Shown here piece by piece: positions 32,508 to 41,611 of a stretch of 64,000 nt of DNA. The notes below the pieces were generated by a model that was not told the DNA's origin, ran no database searches, and worked only from the letters and a program-made list of their open reading frames with translations. Position 1 is the first letter of the stretch. Every line of letters starts with the position of its first letter. The translations under genes and the position numbers were made by a program. Source of the DNA: a virus; the IMG/VR virus record IMGVR_UViG_3300028802_000398. One strand, given 5' to 3'.

Positions 32508-34391
32508 ATGGGTAAAATGGCAAACGAAAACCTTGGACCGGCAGAGCGCATTCTCGACACCGTGATCGGCTACTCCGACCACTGCGTCCACAACCGCGCA
32601 GGTATTGTGATCCCGGATGTTGGCTCCGCGATCGGAGTGAAGTGGCTTCCGGTCACTCACGTCGTTGAAGACGGGGACAAGGTTGTCTACGAGTTACGCA
32701 AGGTCGGCAAGAAGACTGCCAAGTTCAAGCTCGGCAAGCTCAAGGAGGACGGTCGCGTCAAGGACGTGAATCGGGTCATCGGTCGTTACCAGCCCGCGGG
32801 GCTCTTCGCAGATGTAGCGGTGTGGATGTATCGCCAGGTCGTCGAGGTTTGGAAGCTCGACAATGAGTTCGCGGCCAAGTGGGCATCGCACGAGTTCGTG
32901 CAGCTGCAGGAGCGGCGTGACCTCAAGGTGATCATGGCGGCATTCCTCTTGGTTCAGTCCCGCAAGGGTGACCCGGTGATTGATGCCGGCAAGGTCGCTT
33001 TCTTCGATGAAGACTTGCGAGATGTCGGAGAGGCCATGCTGTTGTTGAGCGGCAAGGACATTAAGGACGTGAAGTCGTTCAACCCGAAGCTTCTGCTTCG
33101 TGTGCATGACGTGTTGATGTTGCCAGGAGTGGCGGCGATCAACCGTGAGCTTGGTTTTGGTCGCTCGGCGCGTAACCCATTCTTGGGCCGTTGGACTAAG
33201 GCGGTAGAGAAGTGGCTTCTCTTCCGTGAGGAAAATCCGCGTCTGCTTGATGGTTTGGTGAAGGCAGGGTTTCGTCGCACGGTGATGGAGTTGGCGCGTC
33301 GTGTTCACTACAAGCCGACCACCCCGCGCTTCTTTGAGGCGCTGCGTTGGAAGCAAGCCCAGGCCAAGGATGGTCGCCGATCGATTGCGATCGGTCAGGC
33401 GGTGCAGGCTGCTGAATCTTGGGAAGGCTTCACCGAGCAACAGATTTGTGAGGCGATCGTCCGCACTAGACCAAACTTCAAGCGCGTGGTTGGGCTTTTA
33501 CCAAAGGGTCAGGGCCTCACCCGTGCGATCGTCGCTGCCGCAATCGAGGTTGGCGCGATGTCTGACAAGGATCTGATCATCGCAACTCCGACTCTTGAGG
33601 AACTTGGTCTCTTGGATGTTCAAGAGGTTCGCGAGCGTTGGGAGCGGGCTATCAAGGCCGCGGAGGATATGCGGGCCGTGAATATCGCGACTCGCGTCAA
33701 GTCCACGGCTACTCAAGAGAAGCTACATGAAGCGGCGGATAACGCCGTCAAGCTAGCTGTCGCCGAAGTTGTCAGGGGTCTCCGCATCTATGTGATCGTG
33801 GATATCTCGGGCTCGATGCAGAATGCGATCGTCGAGGCCAAGGTGTACATCGCCAAGTTCCTGCAGGCGTTTCCACAGGAGCAGCTGCACGTCTCGGTCT
33901 TCAGCACCGCGGGTCGTGAAGTTGAGATCAAGCATGCATCGGCTGCTGGTGTGGAGAATGCGTTCCGCGGCATCTTTGCTGGCGGCGGCACATTGCATGC
34001 GCAGGGCGTCAGGGCTCTGAGCAAGCACAAGCCCAAGGTAGATGAAGACGCGCTGATGATTTTCGTCGGCGACGAAGAAGAGCACTCGACATTCGAGGCA
34101 GCCGTGCGTGACTCGGGTATCAATCCGGTAGCGTTCGGCTTACTCAAGGTGCGTGAGTGCGTGTCGTCTTGTGTGCGCGACACCGCAGCGAGACTAGCAA
34201 TCCCGTGCTTCATGATTGAGGCGCAGACGTTTTCTGATGTCTATGCTATCCCGCGGGTCCTACGTGCATTGATCTCGGCGACCCCAGTGGGTAAGACCAA
34301 GGGCAGCCCGTTGTTTGTCCCCAGGGTCTCCCTGGTAGACACGATTCTGAATACCAAGCTGCTGGTGAAGCCCGTGTGGGCTAGCGCGTGA
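32508..34391 (+). CDS. vWA-domain protein with long helical N-terminus (TROVE/Ro60-like architecture)
   Basis: C-terminal MIDAS VDISGSM, GGT, FVGDEE; basic alpha-helical N-terminal ~430 aa. Confidence 0.75.
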   Translation: MGKMANENLGPAERILDTVIGYSDHCVHNRAGIVIPDVGSAIGVKWLPVTHVVEDGDKVVYELRKVGKKTAKFKLGKLKEDGRVKDVNRVIGRYQPAGLFADVAVWMYRQVVEVWKLDNEFAAKWASHEFVQLQERRDLKVIMAAFLLVQSRKGDPVIDAGKVAFFDEDLRDVGEAMLLLSGKDIKDVKSFNPKLLLRVHDVLMLPGVAAINRELGFGRSARNPFLGRWTKAVEKWLLFREENPRLLDGLVKAGFRRTVMELARRVHYKPTTPRFFEALRWKQAQAKDGRRSIAIGQAVQAAESWEGFTEQQICEAIVRTRPNFKRVVGLLPKGQGLTRAIVAAAIEVGAMSDKDLIIATPTLEELGLLDVQEVRERWERAIKAAEDMRAVNIATRVKSTATQEKLHEAADNAVKLAVAEVVRGLRIYVIVDISGSMQNAIVEAKVYIAKFLQAFPQEQLHVSVFSTAGREVEIKHASAAGVENAFRGIFAGGGTLHAQGVRALSKHKPKVDEDALMIFVGDEEEHSTFEAAVRDSGINPVAFGLLKVRECVSSCVRDTAARLAIPCFMIEAQTFSDVYAIPRVLRALISATPVGKTKGSPLFVPRVSLVDTILNTKLLVKPVWASA

Positions 34392-34403
34392 CCGGAGATA
34401 GAC

Positions 34404-35363
34404 ATGGGATGGAGAGACTTGCTGGAGGCAGAGGGCAGCACGATCGTGTTGCCTTGGGTCGGTGGTAGGTCACTCCGTTCCGGCGCTCGCGTCTGGTATC
34501 TCGATGGCGTGCTGCCGAAGGAGCATGCTTGGGTCAAGTTGCAGTTGAGAGGACGTAGGGCCATTGTTCAGGAGATTTGTTATCCTGAGCCCAGCAACCT
34601 GTTTCGGCGGGTTGTTGGGTACCTGGTTGGCGATCGCTTGATCGACACGGACGGCTACGTCGACCCGGACCCGAAGGTCATTGCCGCTCATTCGGAGAGG
34701 GTGCACCTGATTGATCAGGGATTGGATCGGTTTGTTCGGGTCTCTGCGGGGCGCGCTTACGAGGATGGGCCGCTTGTTTTCATTCAGCAGGAAATGCCAC
34801 TCGGGCCGGAGACGGAAGTGCAGTCGGCTTATCTAGATGACAGACCAACCGTTGACGCGGTGCCCGGCGTCACTCCTGCATTGGACGCGGCCTTTCGCAT
34901 GGCGCGTTGGCAGCGCGTCGAGGCCGAACGCAGACGCGTGGAGTTGGAGGCGCAGCGTCGTAGAGAGGGTGAAGAGAGAGAACGAGAGGCACGTCGCCGG
35001 GAGATTCTCGCGAGGCTTGGGGACGGTGCTGGTCGTCGCGAGATGGCTGCCGTCGATTTTGAGGCGGCGGCGCGGGCGGCGTTGACGGTTGGCGGCGTGA
35101 CGTATTTGGAGCACAGACCATCGCACCGCCAGGGGGAGATGGTGGTGCGCTTCCGGCTCGATGGGCGTCGATTTGAATGCACCTGCGATCGCCACACTCT
35201 CAGGATCCTAGATGCCGGCATCTGTCTGACCGCGCATGGAGACGATGATGATTTTGAACGCGGGACCAAGGGAGACACCCTTTTTACGCTCGAAAGTTTG
35301 CCCGCAGTCATCAGGCAAGCCGACCGGGAGGGGAAGCTTGTTGTGTTTCGTCACGTCGACTGA
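34404..35363 (+). CDS. Putative E2 (UBC-like) domain protein
   Basis: Coiled coil followed by beta-meander ending in ILDAGICL, matching the UBC G-x-I-C-L catalytic motif; operon context. Confidence 0.55.
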   Translation: MGWRDLLEAEGSTIVLPWVGGRSLRSGARVWYLDGVLPKEHAWVKLQLRGRRAIVQEICYPEPSNLFRRVVGYLVGDRLIDTDGYVDPDPKVIAAHSERVHLIDQGLDRFVRVSAGRAYEDGPLVFIQQEMPLGPETEVQSAYLDDRPTVDAVPGVTPALDAAFRMARWQRVEAERRRVELEAQRRREGEEREREARRREILARLGDGAGRREMAAVDFEAAARAALTVGGVTYLEHRPSHRQGEMVVRFRLDGRRFECTCDRHTLRILDAGICLTAHGDDDDFERGTKGDTLFTLESLPAVIRQADREGKLVVFRHVD

Positions 35364-35370
35364 TGATTTC

Positions 35371-35376
35371 GGTGTA
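35371..35376 (+). promoter_or_regulatory. GGTGTA promoter-like motif (representative copy, before JAB)
   Basis: TTCGGTGTAA 10 nt upstream of ATG; the motif recurs before many genes. Confidence 0.55.
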
Positions 35377-35386
35377 ATACAGCACG

Positions 35387-35761
35387 ATGTCCATCGAAGT
35401 CGGCGTACTGGTCAATCTCGATTGCGAGCCTTTTTTTTGGCATCTGCCGGAGGGACGCGAAGTCGCCTCGCTCCCCGACAGTCGAGACCTTTGGAATATC
35501 ATCTGGGATCACAGAGACGAGGTGTTGGGGTTCGCGCATAGTCATCCTGGGTCTGGTGTGCCCGAACCGTCGGAAGAGGATCTGACGACATTTGCGGCGG
35601 TCGAGTCTGGTCTCGGTAAGCGGCTCGTGTGGTGGGTTACGAGCCGTGACGAGTCTATAGAGCTATATTGGCGCGGGCCGGGCAAGCTTGATTATGGCAC
35701 GGTACCGGTGATGTATGAGCCAGAGTGGATGTCGGAGTTGCGGACTCTCTCTCGATTTTGA
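35387..35761 (+). CDS. JAB/MPN metallo-isopeptidase
   Basis: GFAHSHPGSGVPEPSEED = H-S-H-P-x7-S-x2-D JAMM motif. Confidence 0.9.
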   Translation: MSIEVGVLVNLDCEPFFWHLPEGREVASLPDSRDLWNIIWDHRDEVLGFAHSHPGSGVPEPSEEDLTTFAAVESGLGKRLVWWVTSRDESIELYWRGPGKLDYGTVPVMYEPEWMSELRTLSRF

Positions 35762-35772
35762 TTGGAGGATAT

Positions 35773-36036
35773 ATGGAGGAATTTGAAGCTCGCGTTAACG
35801 TCACCTACGCCGGGTCTAACGCAGACCTTCCGGACCCAGTGCCTTTCGATACCGGCGATGCTGTGGTTCGGGAGCTTGTCGAGGAAGCGATCCGAACGGG
35901 AAGCCTTCCTGGGGTCCCGCTGGATAAAGATGTCAGCCTCAGCGACTACGTTGTGGATCGATTCAGTGCGACGACGGAGCGAGGGCATCACGTGATGTTC
36001 TTGAGACCAAAGACGCCGTTCGGCACCGCGTCCTGA
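35773..36036 (+). CDS. Ubiquitin-like (beta-grasp) protein with C-terminal extension
   Basis: 87 aa, RBS GGAGG, ends LRPKTPFG-TAS; lies between JAB and E1. Confidence 0.7.
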   Translation: MEEFEARVNVTYAGSNADLPDPVPFDTGDAVVRELVEEAIRTGSLPGVPLDKDVSLSDYVVDRFSATTERGHHVMFLRPKTPFGTAS

Positions 36037-36068
36037 TGTATTTTCTAGGCTGGGAAGGATGGCACAGG

Positions 36069-36209
36069 GTGCACAGGTATAGCTGTGTTGCCTGCGGTGC
36101 CGTAGTAGAGAGCCCGCACGAGTGGGGCGGCGGACCCCCTCCTAAGTGCCCCGAGGGTTGCCGGTTCGATCCGGAGACAAAGATATGGACAAGACGAAAG
36201 GCGGAATGA
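36069..36209 (+). CDS. 46-aa Zn-ribbon protein (not in the ORF track)
   Basis: MHRYSCVACGAVVESPHEWGGGPPPKCPEGCRFDPETKIWTRRKAE; TGA overlaps the E1 ATG. Confidence 0.55.
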   Translation: MHRYSCVACGAVVESPHEWGGGPPPKCPEGCRFDPETKIWTRRKAE

Positions 36210-36772
36210 AGGTGACTGTTATCGGAATGGGAGCCCTTGGCTCCCATTTCATTTTGTTCGCTCGAAACTTCGCAGAGCTGAAGGGGATCGACGATGGTCG
36301 TGTGAAATCGAAGAGCCCTGTGGCGCAGTTTCACGGCAAGCCGCAAGTTGATCGCGGCAAGGCACAAGCGCTCCAGCAGACCATGCAGTTCTTGTTTGGG
36401 GTCAAGGTCATGGCGGTGCCGCACCGGCTTACCGTAGACAACACTCAGCAATTGCTTGGCGGCGCCGATCTGTTGGTTGACTGTTTGGACAACGCGCCAT
36501 CACGTGGGCTGGTTCAGGCTTTCGCGCGTTCTAGTGGGACTCCATGCTTGCACGGTGCGTTGGCGGCGAACGGGCAATACGGTCGGGTTGTCTGGGACGA
36601 GTATTTTGTGATTGATGGGGCGGCTCCGGGCGCGGCGACTTGCGAGGACGGAGAGCACTTGCCTTTCATCGCTATGGTTTCTTCTCTGTTGTCCCGCGCT
36701 GCTCAAGAGTTCTTGGGTAGCGGGCGCAAGATCGGCTTTGAGATTCATCCTACTGGTGTAGCCAGGACCTAG
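36206..36772 (+). CDS. ThiF/E1-like adenylating enzyme
   Basis: VIGMGALGS nucleotide-binding loop, LLVDCLDN..SR, candidate catalytic Cys in AATCED. Confidence 0.85.
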   Translation: MKVTVIGMGALGSHFILFARNFAELKGIDDGRVKSKSPVAQFHGKPQVDRGKAQALQQTMQFLFGVKVMAVPHRLTVDNTQQLLGGADLLVDCLDNAPSRGLVQAFARSSGTPCLHGALAANGQYGRVVWDEYFVIDGAAPGAATCEDGEHLPFIAMVSSLLSRAAQEFLGSGRKIGFEIHPTGVART

Positions 36773-36782
36773 GAGGATCGAC

Positions 36783-37256
36783 ATGGCGTGGACCTGGAAT
36801 GACCCCGAGCGCGCTCCGCATCCGCGTCTCAAGGAAGCCGCCTTGGACGTAATCAGCAAGTTGCGGGTGATGCTGGACAACAAGCGCTCAATCATCGACT
36901 TCATGCTGAGTGTGGAGGCGATGCTTGGCCTCACTGATTACCATAAAGGGCATATCAGTTCTATGCATCAGACGATCGCGGATCTGGAGGCGATGCTCGG
37001 CGCCAAATGGGTCGTGACGGAAGCTAAGCTCACCGATGCTTGGAAAGCTACCGAGGGACAGGAGCGGGCGCCGGGTGAGGGGGAGCTTGGCTTCACGCTT
37101 TCGTGGGCCGCAGTCGGCGCCGGGATCGGCGAGACCAGCTTTTACATGGGCAAGGATGGGCTCATTCATTGTGACAATGAGACCATGAATCGCGAGTTCT
37201 TTGCTCAGGTGCTGGCCAAGTTCCTGGAGGGCGTCAAGATGGACCACGAGGTCTAG
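36783..37256 (+). CDS. Hypothetical protein
   Basis: 157-aa ORF with AGGAG RBS. Confidence 0.65.
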   Translation: MAWTWNDPERAPHPRLKEAALDVISKLRVMLDNKRSIIDFMLSVEAMLGLTDYHKGHISSMHQTIADLEAMLGAKWVVTEAKLTDAWKATEGQERAPGEGELGFTLSWAAVGAGIGETSFYMGKDGLIHCDNETMNREFFAQVLAKFLEGVKMDHEV

Positions 37257-37509
37257 TGGGGCTGTGAGATTCTTCTAGTGCCGCTGCTAGGGCGTGAGTC
37301 GAGCCCTTACTGCAATCGCTACTTCCTCAGCGCAGGCATATGTTTGCCTGAGTTGCGGCAAGCTCGCGGTCGATAGGGCTGGACTAGGTTGGTGCGCACG
37401 CGGCGCTGTGCGGTTCCCACTGAGCGCCCTGGAGGTTGGCGCCGCTGGGAGGGTGATCGCGATCAGCCGAGAGGCGATCTTGAATGTTAAACTTTCGCGT
37501 CTGAACTAG

Positions 37510-37595
37510 GCTCGGGTGGTGGAATTTGGTAGACACGACAGGGTCGAGCTGGCCCTGTTGCGGGAACGCATGCAGGTCCAACCCCTGCCCCGAGT
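37510..37595 (+). pseudogene. Degenerate tRNA-Leu-like element
   Basis: GCTCGGG/CCCGAGT, Leu-type D arm TGGTGGAATTTGGTAGACAC, 9-nt anticodon loop, 6-nt T-loop TCCAAC. Confidence 0.6.
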
Positions 37596-37663
37596 ACTGA
37601 CAACGTTCATTGAAACCAGGAGAGGCGCCAGATGAAGCGGCTGAGACGCAGGCGATAGGTACC

Positions 37664-38200
37664 ATGCAACATCACACACTTCTATTAACGTCCGGGATGC
37701 AACCCCACAGGATCGTCGATTGGCGGACCGCGATCTGCAAGCTGGTCGAGGGGGAGATCGAGGTGCTTGAGAATCACGACGCAACCGTGTCGTCTCCGAG
37801 CGTCACGTTCAACATTCCGTCCGTCGCGCGAATCAAGACCTATGTTCCGATGAACAAGAAGGGCGTGAAGTTTTCGCGTGAGAACGTGTTGTCGCGGGAC
37901 AACTACCAGTGCCAGTACTGCGGTCAACGTTTCCCGCGCCGGGAATTGAATTACGACCACGTGATTCCGAGGATGCAGGGCGGAAAGACAGTTTGGACCA
38001 ACGTGGTCTCCAGCTGCATCCCGTGCAACTCAAGGAAGGGCGGCAGGACACCGGAGCAAGCCAAGATGAGACTCTTGAGGCAGCCGGTCCGGCCGGCGTG
38101 GCTCCCTCTTCAAATGCCCGCTGTTTCAGTCAAGGCGGTACCGGAGAGCTGGAGGTTTTGGCTTCAGACTGTCCCCCATTTGGAGCTGGCTTTCGGCTAG
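37664..38200 (+). CDS. HNH endonuclease (McrA-like)
   Basis: RDNYQCQYCG, NYDHVIP, NVVSSCIPCNSRKG. Confidence 0.9.
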   Translation: MQHHTLLLTSGMQPHRIVDWRTAICKLVEGEIEVLENHDATVSSPSVTFNIPSVARIKTYVPMNKKGVKFSRENVLSRDNYQCQYCGQRFPRRELNYDHVIPRMQGGKTVWTNVVSSCIPCNSRKGGRTPEQAKMRLLRQPVRPAWLPLQMPAVSVKAVPESWRFWLQTVPHLELAFG

Positions 38201-38425
38201 CTGGTGTCTCTGCGGCGGTCGGGGTACGATTGCACAATGGACAAACCGCGCGCAGGCACACCCTTGGTAGGCGTAGCTGACGATTACGCCAGGTCCGAAC
38301 ATCGGCCTCCCACATGGGAGGAAAGGTACCCTGACGCTGCCGCACGCATGCTCGCGCTCGAAGCTCGGGTGGCGAAGCTCGAAGCGCTGCTGTCCGCATG
38401 CGATAAGGTGTAAGCGTAGCGTGCG

Positions 38426-39358
38426 TTACGGTTGTACCGTCCGCACGTCTATGCCTTCATTCTTGATGCGGAATATCCTGCCGGCACAGTCTCGGCCGAT
38501 GAATAGCCCGACCAAGCCAACTTTCTTGCACTCCGCTACGATGGGGACGAACCATCCGCTAGGGATCTGCTTGCCGCAGGCTTCGCATCCTCCTCCGTTA
38601 CTGAAACGCGACATGCCAAACTTGGTGTTAGTGGGCCAGATAACTTTGTGGATGTCTTCCATCACCGGCTCGCCGAACCTCATGATTGGCTCGCCTTGGG
38701 CATTCAGCTTCGGCTTCTCTCCGACCTTCCGAATGGGCGGAACCTTTACCGTCGAGAGGTCAATATCTAGGTCCATCTCGAACAGGGTTTTGGTCACCTT
38801 CGGGCTCAAACCTTTTGAGGTGATCTCGGGCGGCCGCTGAGCTTGTTCGTAGTTTGCGATGAACTCGTCGACTTGGGCGATTGCTGTGGTTTCGTTACGA
38901 AACCAAGCACCCACCGCCTCTTCATATTTTGAAAGACGGAAAGAGTCGTACTCGATGGTTGCGCCGTTTGGCGCTCGTAACTGAACCTTCCCGGTGGGCA
39001 ATTCCTGCCGCTCCCAGCCGAGCCAGCTTACCGCGTTCAGCAGAGGGCGAGTCGCGTAGTTTCCGCGCTGGACCTTTTTGAGGGAGTCGTACAGCTGCTT
39101 CTGTTCTCGCTGCTTGCGTTTCTCATTCAGGTCCATGGCCGCACTGTAGCGGTGCCAGACGGTCTCGGCGATGGACCTGGGGTGCATACAAGGTGCCTCG
39201 CATAGAAAGATCCAGGATTTGAGTTTCGGAGCTTCGGTGTACGGCTGGAGATGCCGAACACCGTTTCGTACCAAGTATCCAAAGACCTGTTTTTGGTCCA
39301 TCAGCAACACGCGGCGGACCAAGCACCAAAGGTTGCGGTCGAGCTGCCTACCAATCAC
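38426..39358 (-). CDS. Hypothetical protein with C-terminal Zn-finger; true start probably downstream of 39358
   Basis: CEACGK ... GRDCA; long ORF. Confidence 0.6.
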   Translation of the reverse strand: MIGRQLDRNLWCLVRRVLLMDQKQVFGYLVRNGVRHLQPYTEAPKLKSWIFLCEAPCMHPRSIAETVWHRYSAAMDLNEKRKQREQKQLYDSLKKVQRGNYATRPLLNAVSWLGWERQELPTGKVQLRAPNGATIEYDSFRLSKYEEAVGAWFRNETTAIAQVDEFIANYEQAQRPPEITSKGLSPKVTKTLFEMDLDIDLSTVKVPPIRKVGEKPKLNAQGEPIMRFGEPVMEDIHKVIWPTNTKFGMSRFSNGGGCEACGKQIPSGWFVPIVAECKKVGLVGLFIGRDCAGRIFRIKNEGIDVRTVQP

Positions 39359-41611
39359 TTCGCAGTGATCGATTGCTCGGGATCGATGTACTCGGACCTT
39401 CCGCGCATCCGTGAGCAGCTCAAGCGTAAGCTACCCAAGCTCCTGAAAGAGCAAGACACGATTTCGCTGATCTGGTTCAGCGGTCGGGGCGAGTTCGGGA
39501 CCCTCCTGGAGGCCGAGCCGGTCGCCACGCTCACCGACCTCAAGGCAGTGGAGCAAGCGATCGATCGTTGGCTCAAGCCATGCGGGCTGACTGGGTTCAC
39601 CGAGCCCATTCAGGAGGCGGGTAGGGTAGTGGAACGCGTCGCGAAGGCTCGTCCAGGCAGTGTCAGCAGCCTCCTATTCTTGTCCGATGGCTGTGACAAC
39701 CAGGGCACTCGCGCCAGTATCCTCAAGGCGATGGAGGAAGCCGCTAACGGTTTCCAGTGCACCACGGTTGTGGAGTATGGGTACTACGCGGATCGCAATC
39801 TCCTGGCTGCCATGGCTGAGAAGGCGGGCGGTACTCATATCTTTGCGGAGGACTTCACTCGCTACTCGCCCACATTCGAGGCGGCTATGCAGAAGCGCCC
39901 CGTGGGCGCGCCCCGTGTCGAGGTGGTGGTTGACGGGGACCCGATTCAGGGGTTTGTGTTTGCTCTGCAGGACGGGGACTTGATCACGTACTCGGTCGAG
40001 GGCGGCAAAGTCCGAGTGCCAGAAAACCTCTCGGGCTTCTGGTTCGTCTCCCCGGCACAGGTCGGCGTCCCGAGCACGATGGCCTTCGCGGACAACGTTG
40101 CCTATGAAGCCTCGCAGGCGACTCCGCAGCTCGCCGATAATATCTGCGCTGCCTTTGCGGCCATCTCGCTTTACGCCGTCCGGATGAAGCCCAACATCGT
40201 GTACCCACTGCTCAAGGTGCTCGGTGACGTATCGCTCGTTGAGGAGTTTGCGAATTGCTTCGGCAAACAGCGGTACTCGGATTTCCAGGAGCACGCCAAG
40301 AAGGCGGCGTTCGGTGAGGGGGCGTTCAGCAAGGGCTACGACCCCAACCGGGTGCCCGCGGATGATGCCTTCACTGTCCTCGACTTGCTGCAGCTGCTTT
40401 CCAGCGACGACGCCAATCGTGTGTTGCTCGATGATAGTCGCTTCCGCTACAGCCGCATCGGCCGCGGTCGAGTCGACAGTAGTGACCAGCTAACTGACGC
40501 TGAGCAAGACGAGATTCGCACGCTCACTGACGAGATGGCTCGGATCAAGAAGGCATCTCGCATCTCGGAGATCACCGCACGCATCACTGAGATCACGGCG
40601 AGCAAGCCCGCTGCCTTGAGGTTCGAGGCGGACCCCGCGCCCACGGGATATTCAGTTTCTTCACTGACGTTCAACGAAGATCGTCCGAACGTGTCGTTTC
40701 TCATTCGCAAGGCCGGAACGGTCAACCTGAGCGAACGACTGTCGGACACCTTGTTCACTGTGCCGGACACGTTCAATACGCAGGTCTTTCGCAACTATAC
40801 GGTGATCAAGGACGGGCTAGTCAATATTGACCAGCTGCCGGTCAATCTGACCAAGGAGAGCTATGCTTCCTTGCGCGAGAAGCTCGGAGACAAGCTCGAC
40901 CAGGTCTTTCAGGTCGATTACTACAGTGAAGGGGCTGTTGGAGCGATTGGCACTCTGAACCTGCGCGAGCTGCCGGTAATCAATCGCAAGATGGTACGGG
41001 ATGTGAGTGCGAAGGACTTCTTCGCACTCCAATACCAACTGCTGGTCGCGCAGGCGGAGCAGAAGGTCTACAACGGATTCGTTAAAGAGTTGGCTCCTAA
41101 AGAGCGCTCTGAGGGGATCAAGGAGCAATACGGCGAACAAGCGGCGCTGTGGCTCAAGGAGCAGGGCATCACGGATGGCGGATTCGCGCCGAAGAGCGTC
41201 CAGGCGGAGAGCACGGACTTCTACATGGGCAAGGAGCTGAAAGTCTCGCTCAAGGGCTACTCCAAGCTGCCAAGTCTGAAGGAAGCACAGGCCTCGATCG
41301 CGAAGGGCAAGATCAATGGCCCGACGGCGTTGATGCTACCGACCATCACCGAGGTCGAGGATTTCATCGTGAAGGCTAACGGCAAGACCAATGCCGTCCG
41401 CGTGTGGCTAGATGTCCAGGCGGCAGCGGCTAAGACCAAGGTTCGTGACCTGATCTTCAAGATTGCTCAGACCACCTTCGTTCTAGTCGTAGGTCAGATC
41501 TGGTTTAAGGAGTTCGCTACTCTGGATGATCAGACTCTCACGTTCGAGCCAGTGCCCGGAACCAAGATCGAGGGCAAGGTTGAGATGCGTGAGATCGAGT
41601 GCAAGATCTAG
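39251..41611 (+). CDS. Large vWA-domain protein
   Basis: VIDCSGSMY MIDAS, GLTGF, LFLSDGCDN. Confidence 0.8.
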   Translation: MPNTVSYQVSKDLFLVHQQHAADQAPKVAVELPTNHFAVIDCSGSMYSDLPRIREQLKRKLPKLLKEQDTISLIWFSGRGEFGTLLEAEPVATLTDLKAVEQAIDRWLKPCGLTGFTEPIQEAGRVVERVAKARPGSVSSLLFLSDGCDNQGTRASILKAMEEAANGFQCTTVVEYGYYADRNLLAAMAEKAGGTHIFAEDFTRYSPTFEAAMQKRPVGAPRVEVVVDGDPIQGFVFALQDGDLITYSVEGGKVRVPENLSGFWFVSPAQVGVPSTMAFADNVAYEASQATPQLADNICAAFAAISLYAVRMKPNIVYPLLKVLGDVSLVEEFANCFGKQRYSDFQEHAKKAAFGEGAFSKGYDPNRVPADDAFTVLDLLQLLSSDDANRVLLDDSRFRYSRIGRGRVDSSDQLTDAEQDEIRTLTDEMARIKKASRISEITARITEITASKPAALRFEADPAPTGYSVSSLTFNEDRPNVSFLIRKAGTVNLSERLSDTLFTVPDTFNTQVFRNYTVIKDGLVNIDQLPVNLTKESYASLREKLGDKLDQVFQVDYYSEGAVGAIGTLNLRELPVINRKMVRDVSAKDFFALQYQLLVAQAEQKVYNGFVKELAPKERSEGIKEQYGEQAALWLKEQGITDGGFAPKSVQAESTDFYMGKELKVSLKGYSKLPSLKEAQASIAKGKINGPTALMLPTITEVEDFIVKANGKTNAVRVWLDVQAAAAKTKVRDLIFKIAQTTFVLVVGQIWFKEFATLDDQTLTFEPVPGTKIEGKVEMREIECKI

